Source: Octopus bimaculoides (lineage: Eukaryota). Taken from it: a DNA stretch of 44,250 nt. The number at the start of each line of letters is the position of its first letter. Position 1 is the stretch's first letter. The stretch is taken from assembly GCF_001194135.2 (NCBI RefSeq), contig NC_068992.1, forward strand, positions 20,431,192 to 20,475,441, in the 5' to 3' direction. Positions 25,246 through 38,800 of the stretch are shown here, piece by piece. Position numbers and translations under genes: made by a program. Below the pieces are notes generated by a model. The model did no database searches and was not told the DNA's origin. It worked only from the letters and a program-made list of their open reading frames with translations.

Positions 25246-25285
25246 ATATATATATATATACATACATATATATATATATATATAT

Positions 25286-25470
25286 GTGTTTGTGTGGGTC
25301 TTTGCGCCTGTCTTAGATCTCACCACCGCTTAACAAGTGTTGATGTGTGTACGTCCCCCGTATCTAGCGATTCGTCAAAAGGAAGCTATGGAATAATTAC
25401 TAAGTTTGCTCAATAGACTAAAAATCCTTGAAGGCGGTACCCACAGCTTGTCCACGCTTTAATGAATGAA
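25286..25470 (+). mobile_element. 3' half of a decayed SINE family 3 copy (5' half may lie in the adjacent gap)
   Basis: Follows the gap and a (TA)n run: CCGCTTAACAAGTGTTGATGTGTGTACGTCCCCCG...TTCGTCAAAAG...TCCTTGAAGGCGGTACCC. Confidence 0.65.
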
Positions 25471-26183
25471 GCATTTAAAAATATAAGATGTATATTCAGA
25501 ACAAAATAGTCCTTACTGTGTGAGAGAAACAGCGTTTGACATTTCATGAAACTAGGGGTACCATTCTTTGTTGATGAGCGGTACTAATATTATGCCAAGG
25601 GAGTAAATGATTTCTAGTATATTTTACAGCGTGTGCTTTTTGTTGTTTTTTTTCTTTTTGTTTGTTTTTTTTTAACACATGGATGTTCCCTTGCCATGTA
25701 TTTTGTAATGAACTCAGGCACGGGTTCTTTATTTCATTTTCTAGTTATTAAAATCCCATAGAAACGCTAAGAGTTTCATATTCTCAACCAATCTCAATTA
25801 TGAAATCTAGAAAAGAAAGGAGGAAATATGATGTGTCCTATATAATACGATGCAGTTCTCTGGATATAATATTATTTTTTTTGAGACGAAGCAGGAAGAG
25901 AAAATATCTACCAGAAACAACACCTAAATAACCGATAACCGCCCCAACATAGTCGACATTTTAAAATACGCTTGTAGCCCAATATTTATGAGATTCATAC
26001 CGAACGCCTTCTAAGAATTCCTTCTCGCTCCAGGCCAGTACTTGAACTAAAGAAAACATGTTAGATTTTTAATAATATACCACCACCAACATATCGTTCA
26101 ATATTTTTTGAGACAACACCTATGCTGCCAAAAGTTTATGCATCAGTGTATTCTGTTTAATCTTTTTTCTAATAGTATGTTAT

Positions 26184-26360
26184 GTCTCAAGCTACGGCTA
26201 TCTAGCACCTTCGGATCATCTCTATTCAACCGCTACTAAACTGCTGCTATTCGACTGCTATTCAACACTCTACCACGGCCAGACTACCTCTATTTATATG
26301 TCTTGGGAGACCTACTTCTTCGCCTGGCTGCGTCGATACAACATAGTATACGAAGGAAAC
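26184..26360. repeat. Probable interspersed repeat of unknown class
   Basis: GC-enriched island with a tandem CTGCTATTC(G/A)AC and a minus-strand TATA-like CATATAAATAGAG (26288-26300). No second copy in the window. Confidence 0.3.
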
Positions 26361-27159
26361 CGTTTCTTATTAAAATAGTATTTACAATTTAGGCAACAAA
26401 GCACAAAGTGTGAGTAGTAAGAATTTAAAACACAAGTTTCTTACATATTTTTAATCGACATCTAAATAATGGAAAACAGAATCAACCTTAGGACATAAGA
26501 ATCCACAAAGTACAAGGAAACGAAAATATTGGAAAATATTGCAGCATTTTCTATGGATTTTATTTGCTTCAAGAAATTTCCGGGGGAAAACAGCCTATAC
26601 ATTAGTTTGTATTATACTGATCAGTGAAAAACTTCCATAGTATACTTGGATATTATTGAGACACGTAAAAAAGAAGAAAACACCATCTTCAGTTGCAGAC
26701 AAAGCTGGTATTGATTTATTATAAATAGTTACCTTAAGGACAGGTTCTTTCAGAAGTGACCAAAATACAACAGCAAAATAACAAATGATAAATAATATAT
26801 CTTAAACTAATATCCGTAAGTCCGACGTTCGCTCTGATTACTTTACGTTTAACCATCGTGTTTTTCGAGGTGTTTTTTTTTTTTGCTGTTTAATGATTTA
26901 TAAACTCTTCTGTTCTTATTAGTTTTTTCTTCTATTTTACTGATATTCTTAAAAGACTTTTTTTTTAATATTCTTTGGATATAATTATTATTTCACACAT
27001 TCCTATATAAATATCTTATTATATTCTGTACTCAAACTTATTTTATAAACTTAAATAGTTTTGAGGGTTCAAACAAAATTGTTGTTGATGTTGTTGTTAT
27101 GCATGTTCTTTACAATATTAGCTTCATACTTATTCTCGATCATACATTTCTAATAAGAA

Positions 27160-27302
27160 TGATATTATTATTATTACTATTATTATTATTATTATTAGTT
27201 TTATTAGTCTTGACTATATTATCAATAATATTACTCTTATTAAAACTATGACAAACATTATGATTTTCATCATCGTCACCATTATTATTACCATTATTAT
27301 TA

Positions 27303-27375
<73 letters not shown>

Positions 27376-27455
27376 TATTATCATTATTATTATTATTATT
27401 ATTATTATTGTTATTATTATTACTATTATTATCATTATCATTATTATTATTATTG

Positions 27456-27512
<57 letters not shown>

Positions 27513-27529
27513 TATTATTACTATTATTA

Positions 27530-27605
<76 letters not shown>

Positions 27606-27752
27606 CATCATCATTATTATTATTGTTGTTGTTGTTATCATCACCGTCGACGTCGTCGCCATCGTCGACGTCGTTGCCATCGTCGACATCATGATCCGCG
27701 TCCTAGTCGTCGTAGTCATCATCATCATCTTCATCATCATCATCAGCAGCAG

Positions 27753-27791
<39 letters not shown>

Positions 27792-27810
27792 TGTCGTTGT
27801 TGATGTTATT
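27160..27810. repeat. Compound trinucleotide array (ATT)n > (ATC)/(GTT) > (GTC) > (ATC)/(AGC)
   Basis: Directly visible; source of the poly-I/L/Y/H/M ORFs. Confidence 0.97.
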
Positions 27811-28384
27811 AACCAGTGGCATTTATTTTATTTTATATTTTTTTTCTCTCATATTCGTAAAAGGAAATGATAACAGAGAAGTTTAAAGGTAGGTTCCACG
27901 GACTACTTCAAAGTGTTTAACACTTTTCTCTATTATATACTTTGAAACGTATTAAAAAGTAAGAAAACATCAAACGCAAAGAGACATGGGAGAAAGCATA
28001 AAGTTATTAATCACGTTTTGTGAAACACCTAGCAGCAAATCACCTGATTTAAACGAGTATTGATGCAAACTCAAAAAATATTAACTCACTTTATAAAGAT
28101 GTTCTTACATATGTATATATTTATATATCTTTGTGTGTGTATATGTGTGTGTATGTGTGTCTTGTGTGTCTGTGTATATATGTAGTATATTTTATATGCA
28201 TNNNNNNNNNNATGTAAATATGTATATGTAAATATGTAAATTTACATATATATATGTATATATATATATACAAACATACGTGTGTGTGTATGTATATAAA
28301 GTAAAGATATTACTGTATATAAACACAAGGTGTCATACATAAATGCATTACTATCAAGTTTCCGTATTATATTAAATGTATATA

Positions 28385-28765
28385 TGTGTCTGCACGCGCA
28401 CGCACGCGTGTGTGTATGTGTGTGTGTGTGTGTGTGTGTGTATGTGAGTGTCCACGTATAGTCTTCTCTGCGTATATTTGGGTGGTAGAGAAAAACAACG
28501 TTAACAATTCCTTTGATTTATGTTACACTAAAACGCTCTCTCTGTTTCTCTCTCTCTCTCTCCCCTCTTCCGCCGCACACACACCCTGTCTTTCTCTCCC
28601 TCTCTCTCAAACACTCTCTCTCTCTCTCAAACACTCTCTCTCTCTCTCTCAAACACACTCTCTCTCTCTACCTCTCTCTCTCTCACACACACACTCTCTC
28701 TCCCTCTCTCTCTCGCTCACACACACACACACACACACACACTCTCTCTCTCTCTCTCTCTCTCT
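28385..28765. repeat. (TG)n followed by mixed (CT)n/(CA)n tracts
   Basis: Directly visible. Confidence 0.93.
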
Positions 28766-28816
28766 TTAAATATAAGTTTGATCGTGTACTATATATGTGT
28801 TTGCATATGTAATATG

Positions 28817-29510
28817 NNNNNNNNNNNNNNNNNNNNNNNNNNNNNNNNNNNNNNNNNNNNNNNNNNNNNNNNNNNNNNNNNNNNNNNNNNNNNNNNNNNN
28901 NNNNNNNNNNNNNNNNNNNNNNNNNNNNNNNNNNNNNNNNNNNNNNNNNNNNNNNNNNNNNNNNNNNNNNNNNNNNNNNNNNNNNNNNNNNNNNNNNNNN
29001 NNNNNNNNNNNNNNNNNNNNNNNNNNNNNNNNNNNNNNNNNNNNNNNNNNNNNNNNNNNNNNNNNNNNNNNNNNNNNNNNNNNNNNNNNNNNNNNNNNNN
29101 NNNNNNNNNNNNNNNNNNNNNNNNNNNNNNNNNNNNNNNNNNNNNNNNNNNNNNNNNNNNNNNNNNNNNNNNNNNNNNNNNNNNNNNNNNNNNNNNNNNN
29201 NNNNNNNNNNNNNNNNNNNNNNNNNNNNNNNNNNNNNNNNNNNNNNNNNNNNNNNNNNNNNNNNNNNNNNNNNNNNNNNNNNNNNNNNNNNNNNNNNNNN
29301 NNNNNNNNNNNNNNNNNNNNNNNNNNNNNNNNNNNNNNNNNNNNNNNNNNNNNNNNNNNNNNNNNNNNNNNNNNNNNNNNNNNNNNNNNNNNNNNNNNNN
29401 NNNNNNNNNNNNNNNNNNNNNNNNNNNNNNNNNNNNNNNNNNNNNNNNNNNNNNNNNNNNNNNNNNNNNNNNNNNNNNNNNNNNNNNNNNNNNNNNNNNN
29501 NNNNNNNNNN
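28817..29510. other. Assembly gap (694 N)
   Basis: N-run. Confidence 1.
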
Positions 29511-30159
29511 TATATATATACACACACACAAGAGTAAATAGAAATCTGTAGGGTTTTGTGTATAAAGTGAAATCTTCTCGATAGAATTAAAAGTAAACAC
29601 AGGCACCTACCACTTACATGTAAGAGATAAATTGGCGATGCTAAAGAGACTTTTCGTCTGTTTGGACGATGAGTAAAAGCTTGGCCCGATAAAATGCCCT
29701 TATCTTTTAAAATTGACGGAGCATGACGGGCAATCACGGACACAATGCAACCAGGTCAGAAAATCAGCGTACTACGGAATATGGCAATGCTGACTCGTAG
29801 TAAGACGACAAGGTTTTATTCAACATTCTTTCACACTTTTCAACTACCTACTAACGCTAATAAAATGTTCGTAATCCTCAGATACAGTCGCAATATCTGC
29901 AGAAAATTCTATGCAATGTGGGTGGATATCACCTAACTCCAAAATACACACATGCACACAGCCACACACATACACACACAATTATATACATACACCTATT
30001 CATGTGTTTGTAATATATTTATGCACGAAAGCAGCCGGTTGACTGAAACACAAAAGTAATATATATACAAACGCTCACAAACCCATACACACGCATACAT
30101 ACGCACGCACGCACACAAATACGGACACACACACACACGCAACACACACTCACACCCAT

Positions 30160-30177
30160 ATATATATATATAGATAT

Positions 30178-30209
<32 letters not shown>

Positions 30210-30253
30210 CTAGATAGATAGATAGGTAGATAGATAGATAGATAGATAGATAT

Positions 30254-30288
<35 letters not shown>

Positions 30289-30330
30289 TTGATTGATAGA
30301 GCTAGTGAATGAGTGAGTGAGTGACTGAGT
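30160..30330. repeat. (TAGA)n followed by (GTGA)n
   Basis: Directly visible. Confidence 0.96.
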
Positions 30331-30909
30331 AACAGATTTACATGAACGTTCATTGAACTAGCATGTCGATACTTCGAAGTCACTCGCACCTTTCTTGTAA
30401 GACTGTAATATGTGTTCTACAAAATGTATTCTGTAATTCATCAGTTTCATATCAGTTTAGTTAATTACAACTCAAACGTTAATATGTACGTATNNNNNNN
30501 NNNNNNNNNNNNNNNNNNNNNNNNNNNNNNNNNNNNNNNNNNNNNNNNNNNNNNNNNNNNNNNNNNNNNNNNNNNNNNNNNNNNNNNNNNNNNNNNNNNN
30601 NNNNNNNNNNNNNNNNNNNNNNNNNNNNNNNNNNNNNNNNNNNNNNNNNNNNNNNNNNNNNNNNNNNNNNNNNNNNNNNNNNNNNNNNNNNNNNNNNNNN
30701 NNNNNNNNNNNNNNNNNNNNNNNNNNNNNNNNNNNNNNNNNNNNNNNNNNNNNNNNNNNNNNNNNNNNNNNNNNNNNNNNNNNNNNNNNNNNNNNNNNNN
30801 NNNNNNNNNNNNNNNNNNNNNNNNNNNNNNNNNNNNNNNNNNNNNNNNNNNNNNNNNNNNNNNNNNNNNNNNNNNNNNNNNNNNNNNNNNNNNNNNNNNN
30901 NNNNNNNNN

Positions 30910-30943
<34 letters not shown>

Positions 30944-32303
30944 CATATATGCACGTGCATGGAATAACCAAATGTTGTTTCTTGTGCTGATTTTTAAATT
31001 TTGGTTTCTTACCTGAGAAAAAAAATTATTTATATTCTTACTCGACATTTTCTTTTGATTTTTTCAATCAACTCACAAGAGATACAAATACCCAGAGGAA
31101 TCATATCTTTCTATTATGTTTCGAAAGAAAACCGCGAATCAGTTAAATTTTATAAGTATCTAGATTGTTATCTTTATCTTTTATCTTCTCATTAAATATT
31201 TTCTGACGTTTTGAAAAGCTAAACAAATCTTTGAATGATAGCAGTCTAGAAATTTATCATATCAGGTTCGGTATTCATGTTTGAAATTATTAATTCCTTT
31301 TTCATTCAGAATACCAATTTTGCTGTTTGCCGTTATGGTATTTTATACACCGCCTATTGATTAAACGTAAATTTGCGTTTCGTTGTGGTTGGAGTGTCAA
31401 ACTCAAGATACTAAGATTGTTCTTTCAGCCTCCGGATCGTGCACAGGCTGTTTTCTTGAATCAAAATAGTTCCTTTTACGTTGATCTAGTTCATTCACCT
31501 GTAAATGATGTTTGGCAATATCTGGGGAGTTAACACTATGAAGGACTGGCATCCCGTTCAGGTGTAAATGTTGTAATATCAGTCACGTATGCAACACGTA
31601 GACCGTATTAAGCACCGTCATTAAGTTACCTTCAGCTCATGGCCGACCTGTGCTAAGATGATAGCGAATGAATACGGTTCAAAAACAGAAAGATTTTCTG
31701 CGTATTTGTTCTACGTAGGAGAAATATTATTCACATATCCTTCAAATGTAATTCTGCTCTCTCGATCAAAGTATAGCCCTTTGACTCTTAGACACAGCTA
31801 TTACTAAATGCCAATTCGATGTCCCTGACTAACATGTATTTTCACGAATGAATGCTGACTGTTCTCTTGACTTTGTAAAGTGATAGGTTTAACTACAGTT
31901 ATATGTAAGATTTTAACATAACCCTGTATGATATAAGCATATTCTTGCATAGTACAACTACTTAATTATTAACGCTTAAAAAAGGTCGTCATTTATACAG
32001 ATGCTGAAATGTATTTGACTTGTAGTTATGTTATCTATACCGGAGAGACAATATTCAAGGCTGACATTAGCATGATTATAAATCTGACTGTAAGGAATAA
32101 GAACATACTGGAAAATATTTTCTCCGTTGTTTTACGATATTTTTTAACAACTTCTATAACAATATCCGCGTATAGACCTGATTAAATATTCATATACGGT
32201 CCAAGAAAAAAAATTATGTTTTAGACCACAATATATAAGTATTTTTTAAATTATCGACGCCGTAATAAAGAAATTATAAACTATAAGTTAATCGTACTTC
32301 GGT

Positions 32304-32681
32304 GGAGGCGCAATTGCCCAGTGTTTAGGGCAGCGGATTCGCGGTCATAGGATCGTGGTTTCGATTCCCAGACCGGGCGTTGGGAATGTTTATTGAGCGA
32401 AAACACCTAAAGCTCCACAAGGCTCCGGCAGGGGACGGTGACGAACCCTGCTGTACTCTTCCACCACAACTTTCTCTCACTCTTACTTCCTGTTTCTGTT
32501 GTGCCTGTAATTCAAAGGGTCAGCCTTGTCACATTGTGTCACGCTGAATATCCCCGAGAACTACGTTGACGGTACACTTGTCTGTGGAGTGCTCAACCAC
32601 TTGCACGTTAATTTCACGAGCAGGCTGTTCCGTTGATCGGATCAACTGGAACTCGCGGCGTCGTAAGCGACGGAGTGCCAA
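32304..32681 (+). mobile_element. Full-length tRNA(Arg)-like SINE family 1 copy
   Basis: Colinear over its whole length with 7400-7785. Only a possible 6-bp TSD, ACTTCG (32296-32301 and 32681-32686). Confidence 0.93.
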
Positions 32682-33309
32682 CTTCGAATCGGCGTCATTT
32701 ATGAGTGTTATGTCTACAGGAAAATAAAACAAGAAAACCTACAATTCATCTGTAAATCAAACTACTGTGTTAAATCCCATAGACGAGTAGCGCCTTGTTA
32801 AATGTTATTAATTCTGGATCTCTACATAATCTTAATAATCACAATACATATGGTGTGTTCTACGTCTATGGTTGAGTATATTCATTCTATCCGGACACAC
32901 TTTATATACGGTTTAGCAGCAATGTAATCTTACACTACATTAATGTATGTTATTTTAAGAAAAGAATCTTGCCACTCAAGGCAATATAGCATACACTAAA
33001 ATAAATATATATGACTTCGGATATGACATTTCAATTTTGTAATAGTATTTTATAAAATTTGTGTATTTACTAAATAGCGGAAATTAGGAAATATTTATTG
33101 ATATGTCAACGCTATTCAGACATGTGATATAGATAGCAACACTGGTGAAGTGACGATATATACGCACTTTGGTGTTGTAAATATATTATTATTCAGTACG
33201 AAATTGCATATGATATATTGTTTTCAAGTTTGACAGTATCATTTGCTATAATGTCCTGTTGACTAATTTCACGAGCATCTTTATCACAATACTAATATAA
33301 GATTCTCAG

Positions 33310-33352
<43 letters not shown>

Positions 33353-34314
33353 NNNNNNNNNNNNNNNNNNNNNNNNNNNNNNNNNNNNNNNNNNNNNNNN
33401 NNNNNNNNNNNNNNNNNNNNNNNNNNNNNNNNNNNNNNNNNNNNNNNNNNNNNNNNNNNNNNNNNNNNNNNNNNNNNNNNNNNNNNNNNNNNNNNNNNNN
33501 NNNNNNNNNNNNNNNNNNNNNNNNNNNNNNNNNNNNNNNNNNNNNNNNNNNNNNNNNNNNNNNNNNNNNNNNNNNNNNNNNNNNNNNNNNNNNNNNNNNN
33601 NNNNNNNNNNNNNNNNNNNNNNNNNNNNNNNNNNNNNNNNNNNNNNNNNNNNNNNNNNNNNNTATATATATATAAATATTATATTTATATACTCAGTGTG
33701 ATAAATTGAATATTATTTTCAATTTACAACCAGTGGTCTAGTATATAAAAAATCAGATAATTCAGAAAATTGTATTACATGCGTATAAGAAGGGATGACC
33801 ACTCGGTGGTCATCCAATATGCTAGAAAGAGGTCATCAACGACCCAACTACAAAAGAAAAATCATGTACTGCAGAAAAAAATCAGCAAAAATACACAGAG
33901 CTTAGGCGGGCAGGACAAAATGGAAAATATATAAAAATAAAGAATTAATTGTGTACTAGGTTTTGCCATTAACTCTTTTACTTACATAAAATCATTTGTG
34001 GTTCATCAACACAATTGTTCTAAAACCAATATAATTTTCAGAACTATACACAAATTGTCTACTTAACATTAGACGTGCGTACAAGTTTTACCGATTACAT
34101 TGGGGATATTTTCAAAATGACTCAACTCTGGCGCGCTAAATTCCGGAAAGCAGTTCTGCAGAGTATAATTCACTGCAGAGAACATAATTATTTAAATTTA
34201 TATTTATATACTGAAACTGCCAGTTGCAACGTGAAATATTGCTTGGACAAAAAAGTTTTATGCCTGGTGGAAGCTTGATATAGATAAGACTTAGGATATG
34301 AGAATTATCGCGGC

Positions 34315-34410
34315 TAATGTTACCAATCGGCTAGCTGCATTTTACCTAACCTCCCAATTATATAACCCTGCGCTCATCAGAGTTCAATGTTATAGAAAAT
34401 GTCGACTGCC
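34315..34410 (-). mobile_element. Decayed pLTR/hammerhead fragment of the same family as 10381-10600
   Basis: Minus strand GCAGTC...AACTCTGATGAGCGCAGGGTTATATAATTGGG...CCGATTGGTAA versus the 10.5-kb copy GCAGTC...AACTCTGATGAGCGTAAGGTCATAAAATCGGA...CCGAGTGGTAA. GAAA has been lost. Confidence 0.6.
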
Positions 34411-34459
34411 CTCTATTACTGGAGGTGACAAACACATCCAAATTCGGGTTGCTCCAATA

Positions 34460-34675
34460 ATAAAGATCAATCATCACTTTTCCAACATAACTGGCAATTC
34501 TGATGAGTGCAGGTTACCATATTCAGGTTGTGTGTGTAAAATCCGGTTGGACATACAGTGTCAATCTGTCAGTAAGATATATAATACTGAATATGTAATA
34601 CTCCGTACTTCGATTAATATACCCACTCTACTGACAAATATCCGAGTGCATATTTTTTTATGACTCATGGATTCT
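34460..34675 (+). mobile_element. Decayed pLTR/hammerhead fragment of the same family, opposite orientation
   Basis: CTGATGAGTGCAGG at 34500-34513 and downstream ATATACCCACTCTACTGACAAATATCCGAGTGCAT...TGACTCATGGATTC align with the minus strand of 10381-10600. Confidence 0.7.
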
Positions 34676-35691
34676 TAGATGGTGAATGGTGTGTTTATAT
34701 ATGTTATCTAACAAATGTGTAAGATCAATACTTAATGTTTTGCAACGAACAGAGAAGCAAACAATGCAAATGTATTGAGTATATTAATTTATATTCAAAT
34801 TATTTTTAAATCCTGTAATCTACGTATCAGATTTTGCATGTCTAAATACAGAAGAAAACGTGGAAGTTAAGGAATACGTGACAATCAGGCTTTGATGTTG
34901 GAGAAGTAAATCATTATTAATAAATGAGTAGTCTATAAAAAGTCATTGAGTTAACAATTCATGTAAAACGAATTGGGTTCCATTAACAAAGGAACTGATG
35001 AGAGTTAATTGAATTTTCTGTAGATTAGAGCTGCAGAGAATTTAATGATATATGATATTGGGTTTTGCGTCTTGAACCTTATTCTCAAGTTCAGATACCA
35101 GGTATTAGTAAAATGCAATTTTCATTCATCGATATTAGTATTATTGTTATAATATTTATGTTTTCCTATTTTTTTTTTCTATTTGATGGGGAACAGGCAA
35201 ACCGGATATGTATTTATTATGTGAACGGTTTTCCCTACGGAATTTGTAGAATATTTGACGTCATAAATATTTGCGATACAGATTCAAGATGTTGAACAAA
35301 TACAATTAGTTGATAGAAAATGAGTGTATTTCTCTAAATTGCAATCAGCTCTAGGGAAACAATCATTCATCATGAAAATGTGTGACATCCTGAAATTCGT
35401 TTTCATATTTTCCAAGAAGCAATTAGAAAATAAATTCTGAGGAACACTTGGAAAATTTGTCGTCTCTAGTCATTTCTCTTGCCCGGGAAACGACTTTAAC
35501 AAGTAACATTGTGTACATGAGTCATTTTTAAAATCTCATACTCTGTCTACCATTAGAGACGAAAATAAAACTATTGATCCCATGACCAAAATTTTCAAAA
35601 GGCATATACTGTTTTGAATTTGTTATGATTTATATATAGATTCGTCCTGTTATTCGTCTTGACTAAATGTGTAAAAATATTTTACCACAGG

Positions 35692-35844
35692 TTTACTCTT
35701 TTACTCTTTTACTTCTTTCAGTCATTTGACTGCGGCCATGCTGGAGCACCGCCTTTAGTCGAGCAAATCAACCCCAGGACTTATTCTTTAGAAGCCTAGT
35801 ACTTATTCTATCGATCTCGTTTGCCGAACCGCTAAGTTACGGGG
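35692..35844 (-). mobile_element. Well-preserved 3' part of SINE family 3
   Basis: Minus strand CCCCGTAACTTAGCGGTTCGGC...GATAGAATAAGTACTAGG...AAAGGCGGTGCTCCAGCATGGCCGCAGTCAAATGACTGAAAG, then a (TAAAAGAG)n tail. Confidence 0.88.
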
Positions 35845-38800
35845 TTTGTTAATTTTTAATTTTTTTTTTTTAGAAACATGTTAGCCCTCATGCAGCATCC
35901 GTGTGTTCAGGACCAATCTAGCAGTGACGATTTCATGTATTTAAGTTTTCAAGAACAACACTATTTAGTAATCATTTATTTCTCTTTCGACGCCAACTTG
36001 AGGTTTGAGGAGAAATATTTCACGAATATCTGTCGTAGATTAGAGATATCACTGGGGGGGGGGGTCCCGTTTAAGAGATATTTGTCTCAGGGAGGTTAAC
36101 TGGCTGTGTAGTACTTTGTCAAAATGGTGATCGTGCTACCGAGAAAGGTACACACAGTCCTCCACTACTGCTATTTTCGTTCTCATTGTTACTAACAATT
36201 CTTGGAAGGAGATATATCCCAAAATTCCTTAGTGATATTGAGTTAAGAAATAAGCAAAATAAAAAAGGTTAATAATATAATAGATCATCAAAACACTTGG
36301 GTAAACTTTTATGCTTCAAATAGGTTTAATTCTACCATGCCATCACTCGTTATATGTTTAACTCAAATATAAATAAAATATTTATGTAAGTAGGTAGGAC
36401 TTTTCTAAATATCTTTAATATGCTTATATTACTAAAGAATGACTTGAAAATTTCTATTTTAATTTGCAAATTTTTTACGTGTCTCAGAATAATTCTCAAT
36501 AAAATATGTTCGTATTGTGATTCTGTACAGCGCATAATAATCTGTATAACACCGGTGAGTGTTTGAATAGGTGCGTTTTCAAATAGAGTTCAAGGAATTT
36601 GAAATTTTGAACCAGCAATTAGTACTTTCGATGCGAGGTTTCCAGAAATAAGTATGATGTGTACCGAGCTGCGTGGCTGAATGCAACGAAACGTTTTTAA
36701 TTCGAAAACTTATTTGTGTTTTCATAAATGACCGAATCACAACATTTAATTACTAATATAACAGAAAGAGTATATATAAAGATATTCCTTCACTACTGTT
36801 AAATAAGCGAAGGTGCACATACTCACTCGTTCACTTACTCAATCACTCATTTACACATTAACTCACTTATTCACACACTCATTCACACTCTCATATGTAG
36901 AATAATTTGTTTCACTGTCATAGAAATTGCCGCACACACAGATAAAATTTAGGTACACATATAAATACATATACAATATGTTTTCGCTAGTACACTCTAT
37001 TCTCCCTTTCGTTTCATTTTTCTCTATTCGCCTTATTGCTAAAGTCAGTGTGATGCACTCATCCATCAGTCAGTCAGATGCTATACACACAAATTTTGCT
37101 GATAAAAAGTCATGCGCACTGGGGAGGAAAAGTCCTGAGGTCATGCAGTATAAATCTCCAGGGAGTAACATAAGAAGATTTAGAGTAATTTACCTAGCTC
37201 TCATAGTATATTCTTTCTAAATATATACTTAGATTCATGGAAGCATGATTTTAGTAAAATTCTCTTGAACTGGAGCATTTTGGAAGTACAGGTTAATATA
37301 CGAGGAACTTTTCAATCGCTTTCCCCTTAAGCACCAATAAAAATGTGAAATGGTTGTTAAAAATAGTGCACAATATTGATGTGAAGATGTTTTGAGTAAG
37401 CTAAATATTTTTATAATCAATAGTTCTCACTTAATTTATTCCCCCAATGTATAAATGATTAAAAATTAATTAGTCAGTTGCTAATGGCCAGATATCAAGC
37501 GTCATGTACAAGAGAGGTGTTACTATAGTTGAGCCTGAAATATTTTCATCATCAAAAGCAACATGAACAGAAAATAAACAAATTGACGTTAGGAAAAGAT
37601 AATACGATGACACCTTAATTGCTATCGGTTTTTCCCCTGAATAGTGATAAAAAGGAATCAAATAAAAAAGAGTTTATGTGGAGAGATAAAACGCTAATAG
37701 AAATTAAGCTCTGGTTAAAATGATTAAATGATATGTACAAAAATGACATCTAAAGATAACAGATTCAAACTTTAAAAATCCAAGTAAAATATTTGTTAAG
37801 ACAGAACAGTTTAGTATCTGTAAGAAAGGGTGATGTAAAACAAGTCAATTCGTTTAAGTCAAAACCTTTAAAATTCAGTATTTTCGATTGATTCCCACAA
37901 ATGAATTACTAGGTTCTCGACTGCATCTTCATGATCTTTGATGAAATCCGTAAAAACCTGGTTAATTTTATTTGATGCTTCTCATATTCTGGGAATATAT
38001 CTACTTCATTGCCATTAATTATGCAGTGTAGACTACCGGTGTAAGATACTTCGAAGTACAGGTAAATGCACCTCACTTTAAACTAATTATCTTGCATGAC
38101 TCCTTAGCTAAGGATTATATCACGTGTTTTTTTAGTAAGTTTGTATTCTCTTTCCCTCGAAACAAAATTCTCCGAAGTGTAAAAATGCAAAATCTTTGCA
38201 AAAATAGATTAATTCAATAATTTTCTATAGAAAATGAATACAGATTTGGATTCAATAGATTTTGTAGACTGATAAATTTGGAGTGATCTTTTAAGGGTGG
38301 GAACGAAACAGCAAATAGATATTGTAAAGTAAAATTACATGAGGAACAAACAACTTTTTGCAGTGTATCAATAAATGAAACGCCTCATTAAATTATAAGT
38401 GCGAAAGTTTTGTAAGCAGTTTAAATCTACATATATATGAGGTAGACATATTTTGCAGCTTTCAATAACAATAAATAATAGAGTGGATACATAAGCTCAC
38501 TATTCTTGTGAAAACATTTATAATTGAAATCTTTAGACACACTCTAGTCGGAGGAGGGCTCATATACGTCACTGTTTTCATAAGGTTTTAATCATAAAAT
38601 TTCGTTTTATAAATAAATATTTCCACTAGAATAACATAGCTTTCCTTTAGTATCATTGTTTTCTAAACGTAGCTATTAACAAATCTTTCAAACATCTGTT
38701 CGCTTCCGAAAATCTTCTAATCTGAGAAGCACTATATATACCAAGACTTTGAGATAACCTAATCTAGGAAATATCATCTTGTCGGCAATTATCTTTAAGG

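Noticed and set aside
25995-26050. Minus-strand 46-nt exon candidate (QVLAWSEKEFLEGVR) with good acceptor and donor; similar candidate near 18770-18845
   Set aside because: No recognisable homology and no compatible neighbouring exons.
27214-27803. Poly-I, poly-L, poly-Y/H and poly-M ORFs
   Set aside because: Alternative frames of the trinucleotide array; no unique coding sequence or splice support.
2157-31048. Many long ORFs rich in YI/HT/CV/SL/RE or X
   Set aside because: They are translations of dinucleotide microsatellites and N-gaps, which lack stop codons.
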